Positions 15,861 to 23,301 of a stretch of DNA of 24,308 bases are shown here, piece by piece. Positions within the stretch are counted from its first letter, which is position 1, and each line of letters starts with the position of its first letter. The DNA comes from Gemmatimonadota bacterium (GTDB lineage: Bacteria > Gemmatimonadota > Gemmatimonadetes > Gemmatimonadales > GWC2-71-9). A program made the position numbers and the translations under genes. The notes below the pieces were generated by a model, which was not told the origin of the DNA, did no database searches, and was given only the letters and a program-made list of their open reading frames with translations. The stretch covers positions 1 to 24,308 of the forward strand of contig JBDHKN010000102.1 in assembly GCA_039586365.1 (NCBI GenBank), given 5' to 3'.

Positions 15861-16833
15861 CCTCACGCCAGAGTATCGGGCAGCCGAGGCCAAGTACCGA
15901 CAGGCGGTCACGCGGGAGCAGAAGATCGGTGGCCTGGAGGAGATGCTCAGGGTCCTTCCCAAACACAAGGGGACGGACAAGCTCCAGGCCGATCTGCGTT
16001 CCCGCCTCTCTAAGCTGAGGCGCGAGCCCAAGAAGAAGGGCGCCACGCGGGGTCACGGTCACAAGATTCCCAGGGAGGGGGCAGGGCAGGTGGTCTTAGC
16101 CGGTCCCCCAAACTCCGGGAAGTCCAGCCTGGTGGCAGCACTCACCCATGCCAAACCCGAGGTGGCACCTTACCCTCTCACTACACGCGAAGCGACGCCG
16201 GGGATGATGCCCTTTGAGGATGTCGCCTTTCAGCTCGTGGATCTACCACCACTCTGCAAAGAGCACGTGGAGCCGTGGGTCTACGATCTGGTACGGGCCG
16301 GAGATCTGGTTTGGCTGGTGGTTTCCATCGACCGGCCGCTCGCCGGCTTCGAGTTGGTGATGGACCTACTCGACGGCAAGGCCATCGGGCTCTACCAGGC
16401 AGGAACCGGTCCGCGGGCCGACCCCCGGCCCGGATGGCTCAGTAAGGCCACTCTCCTGGTGGTTACTGGAATGGATCGAGAAGGTTCGGAGGGAGATCTG
16501 GAGGCGCTTCACGAGCTACTGGAAACCCCGTGGCCCACCGTACCGGTATCCTGCACCAGCGGTGCGGGATTGGAGGAACTAGGCCGGCGTACCTTCGTTG
16601 CCCTGGACATCATCCGGGTTTACAGCAAGGAACCCGGGAAGGAACCGGACCTAGCTCGCCCCTTCACTCTCACTCGCGGCTCCACGGTCGGGGATCTGGC
16701 CCGCACCATCCACAAGGACATAGCCGAGGGACTGAAGTTCGCCCGCATCTGGGGGCCCAGTGTGTTCGACGGTCAGTCGGTCAAACAAGCTCACGTCTTG
16801 GAAGAAGGCGACGTGGTGGAGATCCACTGGTGA
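15850..16833 (+). CDS. OBG/DRG-like GTP-binding protein with C-terminal TGS domain
   Basis: MPANLTPEY...LPKHKGTDKLQADL, G1 GPPNSGKS, G2 YPLTT, G3 region LVDLPP. TGS domain IRVYSKEPG...GSTVGDLARTIHKD...FARIWG...GQ.V...HVLEEGDVVEIH. Confidence 0.92.
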   Translation: MPANLTPEYRAAEAKYRQAVTREQKIGGLEEMLRVLPKHKGTDKLQADLRSRLSKLRREPKKKGATRGHGHKIPREGAGQVVLAGPPNSGKSSLVAALTHAKPEVAPYPLTTREATPGMMPFEDVAFQLVDLPPLCKEHVEPWVYDLVRAGDLVWLVVSIDRPLAGFELVMDLLDGKAIGLYQAGTGPRADPRPGWLSKATLLVVTGMDREGSEGDLEALHELLETPWPTVPVSCTSGAGLEELGRRTFVALDIIRVYSKEPGKEPDLARPFTLTRGSTVGDLARTIHKDIAEGLKFARIWGPSVFDGQSVKQAHVLEEGDVVEIHW

Positions 16834-16870
16834 GGACTTGGTCGGGAGTATTGTGTTTGCCTAGGTCAAT

Positions 16871-16914
16871 GAAATAACTTGTATATACACATAAATTATT
16901 GACTTTAGCAACTA
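16871..16914. promoter_or_regulatory. AT-rich promoter/operator region upstream of the MarR-GNAT gene
   Basis: An AT-rich island in GC-rich DNA, with the perfect palindrome TGTATATACA (16880-16889) and TTGACT at 16899 inside the imperfect palindrome TTGACTTTAGCAA. Confidence 0.45.
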
Positions 16915-16925
16915 TTGCGGCAGTG

Positions 16926-17873
16926 ATGTCCTCTGCAGTGTCGGAAACTGACTTCGTGCAACGCATCGAGGCGGTACGCCGTTTCAACCGGTTTTACACC
17001 CGCCACATCGGCGTGCTGCACGAGGTGTTGTTGCGCAGCCCGTTTCCGCTCACCGAGGCTCGCGTGATCTACGAACTGGCCCATCACGAACAGGTTACCG
17101 CGACTGAGCTCGCCGAGGAGTTGGGGTTGGACCCAGGCTATCTGAGCCGGATCCTCGGCGGCCTGCAACAACGCGGGCTGGTGGTCAAGCGGCCCTCCGC
17201 GTCCGACGGTCGCCGGAACCTGCTGTCACTCACCGACGCGGGGCAGGAATCGTTCGCCAAGCTCAACGCGGACTCGCGCAACGAAACCGGGGCGATGTTG
17301 AGCGGGCTCACAGAGGAGGAGCAGCGCAGCCTCGTCGAGGCGATGCACACTATCCAGCGGTTGCTGGGTGCACAACCCGAGCACCGAGTGCCGTACCTCC
17401 TCAGGCCCCACCAACCTGGCGACATGGGTTGGGTCGTGTATCGCCACGGCGTGCTGTACGCTCAGGAATACGGCTGGGACGAGCAGTTCGAGGCGCTGGT
17501 AGCGGAAATCGTCGCCAATTTCATAAAGCAGTTCGACCCCAAGCGGGAACGTTGTTGGATCGCAGAGAAGGACGGCCAGAACGTGGGCTCGGTGTTCCTC
17601 GTCAAGCATCCGGAGCGGGCGGGGGTGGGCAAGCTGCGTCTGCTGCTGGTTGAGCCGCAGGCGCGCGGTCTGGGTATTGGTGCTCGTCTCGTTCACGAGT
17701 GCGTCCGATTCGCTCGACAGGTGGGGTACCGGAAAGTCACTTTGTGGACCAACGACTGTCTGCATGCAGCCAGGCACATCTATGAGCAAGTAGGCTTCGC
17801 CCTGGTTCAGAGCAAAAGGCACCACAGCTTTGGTCACGATTTGGTGGGAGAGACGTGGGAGCTCGAGTTGTGA
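16926..17873 (+). CDS. Bifunctional MarR-type HTH regulator / GNAT N-acetyltransferase
   Basis: VRRFNRFYTR.IGVL, LTEARVIYELA, LGLDPGYLSRIL, DGRR..LSLT.AG (MarR), then LRP..PGDMGWVV.RHG.LYAQEYGWD, CWIAE, LRLLLVEP.ARG.G.G, LWTN..L.AARHIY (GNAT). The start is ATG 16926 or TTG 16899. Confidence 0.93.
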   Translation: MSSAVSETDFVQRIEAVRRFNRFYTRHIGVLHEVLLRSPFPLTEARVIYELAHHEQVTATELAEELGLDPGYLSRILGGLQQRGLVVKRPSASDGRRNLLSLTDAGQESFAKLNADSRNETGAMLSGLTEEEQRSLVEAMHTIQRLLGAQPEHRVPYLLRPHQPGDMGWVVYRHGVLYAQEYGWDEQFEALVAEIVANFIKQFDPKRERCWIAEKDGQNVGSVFLVKHPERAGVGKLRLLLVEPQARGLGIGARLVHECVRFARQVGYRKVTLWTNDCLHAARHIYEQVGFALVQSKRHHSFGHDLVGETWELEL

Positions 17874-17976
17874 GCCACTACGGGCTTAACGCCGGCCGTC
17901 TGGCAGCTGCCAGCGCCGCACTGCAAGCCTGGAGACACTGTGCCAGGTACATCGTGACATTCATCAGGACCGTGTC

Positions 17977-18816
17977 ATGACCAAGCCGTCGCAGCCGCTG
18001 TACGTGTGCGGCTACTCCGAACGCGAACTCGAACGACTCGAGATCCAGGGCACCTTCTTCGAGGATGCCTCGCGCCGGTTCCTCGAGACTGCGGGTCTCA
18101 CCCGGGGCATGCGCGTACTGGACATCGGCTGCGGCGTTGGGAATCTATCGCTGCTTGCGGCCGAGATGGTTGGGCCGAAGGGGTCGGTGCTGGGAGTAGA
18201 TCGTGCGCCCGATCCGCTCGAGCGAGCTCAGGCCCTGGCCGACGGCCGTGGCATGACACACGTCCAGTTCCGGCTTGGTGCTATTGAGGAACTGCCGCTG
18301 GGGTCGCCGGTGGACGCCTTGATTGGGCGGTTCGTGCTGATGCACCAGGCCGATCCCGCCCTCACTTTGAGCACCGCCGTCCGCCACGTACGAGCTGGTG
18401 GGTTGGTTGCCATACTTGAATCTCACATGCACGGTCTGGTGGCAGGGGTGCACTCCTGTCCGCATTCGCCTACCTACGATCGCATAGTGGGGTGGCTCAC
18501 GGAGGTGATTCGAGCTGCTGGCGCACATGCCGACATGGGGCTGCGGCTACGGCAGGTGTTTGTCGAGGCAGGGCTCCCTGCGCCTAGGCTCTCGCTGCAG
18601 GCGAGCGTTGAGGGTGGACCTGACGCCGCCATCTACAGGTACATAACCGACAGTCTGCGCAGCATGCTGCCCCTGGCCGCACAGTTCGGAATCGCCGCGT
18701 TGTCGCTGGACGAAGTGGACGAGCTGGAGCGACAACTGCGAGAGGAGCTAGCGGTGTCTAGCGGCGTGCTCACGTCGCCCATGGTCGTGGGCGCGTGGTG
18801 TCAGCTTCCCCAGTAA
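17977..18816 (+). CDS. Class I SAM-dependent methyltransferase
   Basis: Y..GYSERELERL..Q, GMRVLDIGCGVG, VGP.GSVLGVD, DALIGRFVLMH..DP, VRAGG. Confidence 0.9.
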   Translation: MTKPSQPLYVCGYSERELERLEIQGTFFEDASRRFLETAGLTRGMRVLDIGCGVGNLSLLAAEMVGPKGSVLGVDRAPDPLERAQALADGRGMTHVQFRLGAIEELPLGSPVDALIGRFVLMHQADPALTLSTAVRHVRAGGLVAILESHMHGLVAGVHSCPHSPTYDRIVGWLTEVIRAAGAHADMGLRLRQVFVEAGLPAPRLSLQASVEGGPDAAIYRYITDSLRSMLPLAAQFGIAALSLDEVDELERQLREELAVSSGVLTSPMVVGAWCQLPQ

Positions 18817-18855
18817 GCGAGGGGGGACAACGGAAGCAATGAAAGCGGGTGCAAG

Positions 18856-19668
18856 ATGACAGAATCGGCCCACACGCGTGACAGCCTCATCCTACCCTCT
18901 GTCGAGGACAACGTCGGGACGATCACACTGCACCGCCCGGAGGCACTGAATGCCTTCAACCTCGAGATGGCGCAGGAGATATTGAGAACGCTGACGGAAT
19001 TCAGTCAGGACGCCGCTGTGCGCGCCATAGTGCTGAGGGGGGCAGGGAAAGTGTTCTCTGCTGGTGGAGACATCAAGGAGATGTGGGAGGATGTGCTGCA
19101 GGGCGATGACCCGGCCGCGTATTTCAGAGCGCCGCTCACAGCGTTTGGAGAGATCGTGCTGAGCGTGTGGAGAATGCCCAAGCCGGTGCTGGCTGCAGTC
19201 CACGGAGCGGTGGCCGGTGTCGCATTCAACCTGATGCTGGCCTGCGATCTCAAGATCGCAACTGCGACCACCCGGTTCACTCAGGCTTTCATCAAGATCG
19301 GACTTTCCCCCGACGGAGGCGGCACCTGGTTGCTGCCACGGTTGGCAGGTCGCGCAAGGGCCGCCGAATTGGCCCTGCTGCCCACAGAGCTGGATGCAGC
19401 TACCGCGCGGGAATGGGGTCTGATCAACTGGGTGGTAGCTGAAGCAGACTTTGCAGCCAGAGTGAAGGGGATTACAGCACAGCTTGCTGCCGGTCCGGTC
19501 GCTGCGATGGGACGGGCCAAGGAGTTGCTCAATAGCGCCTGCGACACGGGCCTGGCCGATCACATAGAGGCCGAGCGGCTAGCTCAGGTAGCCAATGCCG
19601 CTTCTCCTGATTTCGCCGAGGGGCTAGCTGCGTTTCTCGAGCGGCGTAGACCGAGCTTCGGCGGCTGA
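18856..19668 (+). CDS. Enoyl-CoA hydratase/isomerase (crotonase family), PaaG-like
   Basis: ITLHRPEALNA, FSAGGDI, MPKPVLAAVHGAVAG, LACDL, F.QAFIKIGLSPDGGGTWLLPRL.G, EGLAAFLERR.P.F.G. Confidence 0.92.
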   Translation: MTESAHTRDSLILPSVEDNVGTITLHRPEALNAFNLEMAQEILRTLTEFSQDAAVRAIVLRGAGKVFSAGGDIKEMWEDVLQGDDPAAYFRAPLTAFGEIVLSVWRMPKPVLAAVHGAVAGVAFNLMLACDLKIATATTRFTQAFIKIGLSPDGGGTWLLPRLAGRARAAELALLPTELDAATAREWGLINWVVAEADFAARVKGITAQLAAGPVAAMGRAKELLNSACDTGLADHIEAERLAQVANAASPDFAEGLAAFLERRRPSFGG

Positions 19669-19682
19669 CTGGCCCGCCTCCT

Positions 19683-19742
19683 CACCCTTCCTCACCGTCC
19701 CCCACCGTCCCCCACCGTCCTTCACCATCCCCTGCCGTCCTC
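19683..19742. repeat. Degenerate decamer tandem array, about 6 units, reverse complement of the 13091 array
   Basis: CACCCTTCCT CACCGTCCCC CACCGTCCCC CACCGTCCTT CACCATCCCC TGCCGTCCTC. Confidence 0.85.
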
Positions 19743-19815
19743 CCTTACCACCTTCCATACGCACTGGTACTTTCTTGAGGTCTGGGAACCACCCTCACGA
19801 CCAAAAGGAGGGGAT

Positions 19816-20328
19816 ATGCATGCCGTCGCGTCCACGTTGACTCTGGCGCTGCTGTTCTCGCCCGCAAGCCTATCAGCCCAACGACCTTTGGTGGAACCCG
19901 GTGCCCGGGTGCGCGTTACCGCACCGGACTTCGGCATCGTCGAGCAAATTGCGACCTATGATGGGGTGCGTCGCGGCATGTTGATCGTGGTTGCCGACTC
20001 GACCATCAACGTTCCGCTCGCGACTGTGTACCGCCTCGAGGTGCAGCGGCGCAAGGGGCATCCTTGGCGCGGTGCAGGCGTCGGCTTCCTGGGTGGTGCG
20101 CTGTTGGGTGCCGTCGTTGGCCCAACGCTGAGCGGTGACCTTTCTGATGGTGACAAGAGGATCATAGCAGCGGGAGGGTTGGGACTCGTGGGTTCTCTGC
20201 TCGGAATCGGCATCGGCAGTGCCATCAAGACCGAGCGGTGGGAAGGGATAATGCTCGACCAGTTGGGGGTGAGCATAGTGCCGCAACCCGGCGAACGGTA
20301 TGCATGCGGTGTGTCGGTCATGTTCTGA
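19816..20328 (+). CDS. Hypothetical exported protein with a Gly-rich hydrophobic hairpin
   Basis: Strong AAGGAGG SD, a Sec signal peptide (..LFSPASLSA/Q), and GxxxG-rich segments GAGVGFLGGALLGAVVG and GGLGLVGSLLGIGIG. Confidence 0.75.
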   Translation: MHAVASTLTLALLFSPASLSAQRPLVEPGARVRVTAPDFGIVEQIATYDGVRRGMLIVVADSTINVPLATVYRLEVQRRKGHPWRGAGVGFLGGALLGAVVGPTLSGDLSDGDKRIIAAGGLGLVGSLLGIGIGSAIKTERWEGIMLDQLGVSIVPQPGERYACGVSVMF

Positions 20329-20504
20329 CTCCACAAGGGTGACACTGCAGGCCCACGGAGTTACCGCGATGTCACGACGAAAAATCCTCTTCCCGAACTT
20401 GGCCAGATCAGAATCCCCGTATAGGATGGGGCTTCTCAAACGGAGGCGCCCGGTGCTGTTGCCGTTCCTGAAGTCATCTTGAGACAGCTCGGCCGAACAT
20501 CCCA

Positions 20505-21113
20505 ATGGACAGGACCTCACTGATCGGACTGCTCATCTTCACCTTCGCAGGGGGAATCCTGGGCAGTCTCGGGGTGTCGGCGTTGCTGCGGAGCAAGCGC
20601 GGACGCGCACTGGTAGGCCGGTGGAAGTGGTGGGGGCTGGCCCTTTACTTCCTGGCTGTGGGTGCCGCGACAGCAGGCATCATCGCTTGGGCTTACTACT
20701 CAGTGGTCCGAAACGTTGCGCCCGACGAACTGCTCGGATCACCTTGGCTATTCTTTGTGTTTGGCTTCGCTGCAGGCCTTCCGTTCACCCTGTCGTCTGC
20801 AATCACGGTGTGGCGTGACGCCAGGCAGGCCAAGGAACGATCACGCAAGAGAAAAGGGAAGCCCGCGTCACGTCAGGAACGGCTCGAATTCGCAAAGAAT
20901 CTCGAGGGGCAACTCCGCGAGTACTCAAACGACTTGCGCGACGCCAGGGTTCTAATCCAGGGCGAGAAGGGCACAGTAGTCACGATTCACGGCTACATCA
21001 ACCGAGAACAGGCCGAGAGACTGGTGAACGTCTTGCGGGGCGACCTGCAGGATCTCGGCATCCAGCGGGTCGAGAGTGGTGACACCGAGAAGAAGTGGTG
21101 GGTGCGGGTATGA
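20505..21113 (+). CDS. Hypothetical membrane protein (3 predicted TM helices plus a soluble C-terminal domain)
   Basis: 202-aa ORF with three hydrophobic segments, a basic linker (KERSRKRKGK) and an alpha/beta-looking tail. Confidence 0.72.
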   Translation: MDRTSLIGLLIFTFAGGILGSLGVSALLRSKRGRALVGRWKWWGLALYFLAVGAATAGIIAWAYYSVVRNVAPDELLGSPWLFFVFGFAAGLPFTLSSAITVWRDARQAKERSRKRKGKPASRQERLEFAKNLEGQLREYSNDLRDARVLIQGEKGTVVTIHGYINREQAERLVNVLRGDLQDLGIQRVESGDTEKKWWVRV

Positions 21114-21322
21114 ATCAAGTGCTTGCCGGCCGTCGCTGAAGCGCCGTACACAACCTCACAGGCAGCTCGAAGAACGCTCCATCCGTTACGCCTCCCCGCC
21201 ACGAAGTGACGCTTCGGGAGTTTGAATCCGGACATTCCAGCCGATGGTGAGGCAACTGGAGACCGTGCAGTGGTCTTGGCCAGCCCTGGTCCCCGGACCT
21301 ACACCACCGGCCATGCGCCCAC

Positions 21323-21352
21323 TCGACACATTGAATATCTATCTGATATATT
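21323..21352 (+). promoter_or_regulatory. Putative sigma70 promoter
   Basis: TCGACA (21323-21328), 18 nt spacer, then TATATT (21347-21352) preceded by a TGn extended -10, all in an AT-rich patch. Confidence 0.5.
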
Positions 21353-21460
21353 GGTATTCGGCTGTGGTCTTCAAAGGTGCCCGTGACACTTGAGGTCTCG
21401 CACGGGCGATCGGCCACGAACTCAGACCTCTACTTGGTACTCTCAGCTGGGGAGGACACT

Positions 21461-22087
21461 ATGACCATTGACAGCGGCAGCACTCTTGATCGGCGAGAAC
21501 TCATCACCAGAGCAGGCCCAGCCTGTGTCGGAGCCTGGCTGGGTATTTGTAGAATGCCGGGACTGACGGAGTGGTACAGTGGTGCTGCTCAGCAGGAGCA
21601 GCACAAGTTCGACGTCCCCTCAGAGCTGAAGCTGTCGCCGAGGCAGCGGATCGGGATGCAGTACGGGAACGTGATGGAGTTCATCAAGACACTCCAGAGC
21701 AAGATGTCAGAAGAGGAACTCATCGGTTTGCTCAATAGCCATTCAGCGGAGGTGGGCAGACGTGCCGGAGAGCAGCAGGCACGCAATGCCCCGGACACCA
21801 GCTTCCAGCGGTTTGTAGCGACCTTTAGGCCACCCAGATACGCCAACAGCCTGACCCACGAGGTGGTGGAGGATAGTGAGAAGGTCTTCGAGCTGCGGGT
21901 CACGGAGTGTATCTGGGCGGAAACGTTCCGGAATGCCGGCTTGGGGGGGGCAATCGGACATGCCGCCGTGTGCAACATGGATTACCACTGGCCGGCCGCG
22001 TTCAACCCGAGCTTCAAGATGGAGCGCACCAAGACGCTGATGCAGGGGGATGATCACTGCAACCATCGTTATCTCAACACCGCGTAA
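21461..22087 (+). CDS. L-2-amino-thiazoline-4-carboxylic acid (ATC) hydrolase family protein with a Tat-like N-terminus
   Basis: GGAGG SD before ATG 21461. DRRELI motif; family motifs FELRVTECIWAE.FR..G...IG..AVC.MD and ERTKTLMQGDDHCNHRY. Confidence 0.82.
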   Translation: MTIDSGSTLDRRELITRAGPACVGAWLGICRMPGLTEWYSGAAQQEQHKFDVPSELKLSPRQRIGMQYGNVMEFIKTLQSKMSEEELIGLLNSHSAEVGRRAGEQQARNAPDTSFQRFVATFRPPRYANSLTHEVVEDSEKVFELRVTECIWAETFRNAGLGGAIGHAAVCNMDYHWPAAFNPSFKMERTKTLMQGDDHCNHRYLNTA

Positions 22088-22189
22088 CCTGACTCGGCTC
22101 GTAGGGCAGGGGAGTGGACCATCTTCCGTGCATGGGAGAGACTTGGTGGTTGAGGGCGAAGTTAGCTCATTCGCTCTGCACCAGCACGT

Positions 22190-22336
22190 TGCAGCCGAGT
22201 CAGCTTACGCCGTCGAGACGCTGGGTCGTCGGGTGCCTCGGACCGCCGGCTCTTGAGCCTCCGACGCTCTCGCCTATCACACGGCCGGGGCGCGCGCGAC
22301 TGTCGCGTCTCTCAGGCGTAAGCTGACTCGGCTGCA
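22190..22336. repeat. 147-bp element bounded by perfect 22-bp inverted repeats (REP/MITE-like)
   Basis: TGCAGCCGAGTCAGCTTACGCC (22190-22211) and GGCGTAAGCTGACTCGGCTGCA (22315-22336). The inner GAGACGC/GCGTCTC extends the stem. Confidence 0.8.
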
Positions 22337-22469
22337 TTCCAGGAACTGCTCAATCTCTTCCGATCCTGCGGCACGCCAGCGCTCGGGTACAGAGTGGAGT
22401 TGCACCAGGCCACAGGTCCCATCGCGATGGTTGCAACGTGATCCCTCGATCCGCAGACGGGAGGGCAGA

Positions 22470-23101
22470 ATGAAGATCCAGCAACTGAGCCAGCTGATCA
22501 GCTGCATATTCGTGTGCCTTCTCATGCCTGCTGCTGCTGTGTGCCAACAAGACCTGGCTGAGCCTGGTGAAGCCAGGCTCAACCGGCTGCAGCCGCCCGA
22601 CAGGGTAATCGAGGCGATTGGAGTCGAGCCTGGGATGGTCATCGGCGAGATCGGCGCCGGCCGGGGCCGTTACACGGTACACCTCGCTCGGAAGGTAGGG
22701 GAGTCCGGGAGGATATACGCCAACGACATCAGTACTTCGGCGTTGGACTACCTCCGCGCCTGCTGTGAGAGGAACGGTTTCGGTAATGTCGAGATCTTCG
22801 TGGGCGAAATCGCTGACCCGAAGTTTCCACCTGGCACACTCGACATGGCCTTCATGATCAGCGTCTGCCATCACCTGGCGGAGCCCATCGCACTGCTCAA
22901 AAACACTGCGCCAGCGCTCAAGCCGGCCGCTACCCTCGTCATCGTCGAGCGGGATACTGACAAGTCGAAAACAGCACCGAATACCGGAACGACCAGGGAC
23001 GTCTTTCTTTCTCAGGTGGTGAAGGTGGGTACGAACTGGTCAGGGCCGAAACGTTCTTGGAGCAGGACTCTATCTACGTTCTGCGTCTGCGAGCCATGTA
23101 G
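22470..23101 (+). pseudogene. Exported class I SAM-dependent methyltransferase with an apparent 1-bp deletion near the C-terminus (pseudogene or sequence error)
   Basis: Signal peptide, then QPPDRVIEAIGVEPGMVIGEIGAGRGRYT..LA..VG..G.IYANDI and LKP...LVIVE. After 23025 the -1 frame reads GYELVRAETFLEQDSIYVLRLRAM*, which resembles the usual family ending; the annotated frame gives an aberrant tail to 23108. Confidence 0.72.
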
Positions 23102-23301
23102 TGTGTAACGGCGCTCTGGCCAGAATTCCACCGCGCAACCAGCGGCCACGACTCGCTGCAACCCTCGATTAGTTGAGGGTGAGCAAAGGCCGATCCTGCG
23201 CTCGGCCGCAGGTATCCGCGAAACCCTTCCCTTGCCTAAACACGTAGTGAGGTCGACAGGACCGCAGCCGTAAGTCTCTATCGCAACTTCGTGAGGATAC
23301 A

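Noticed and set aside
19873..20520. 215-aa minus-strand ORF
   Set aside because: It is antisense to the 19816 gene, which has a strong SD and a signal peptide.
21236..21260. GCCGATGGTG resembling the 5' end of a fluoride riboswitch
   Set aside because: The complementary strand and downstream conserved elements are missing, and no fluoride-related gene follows.
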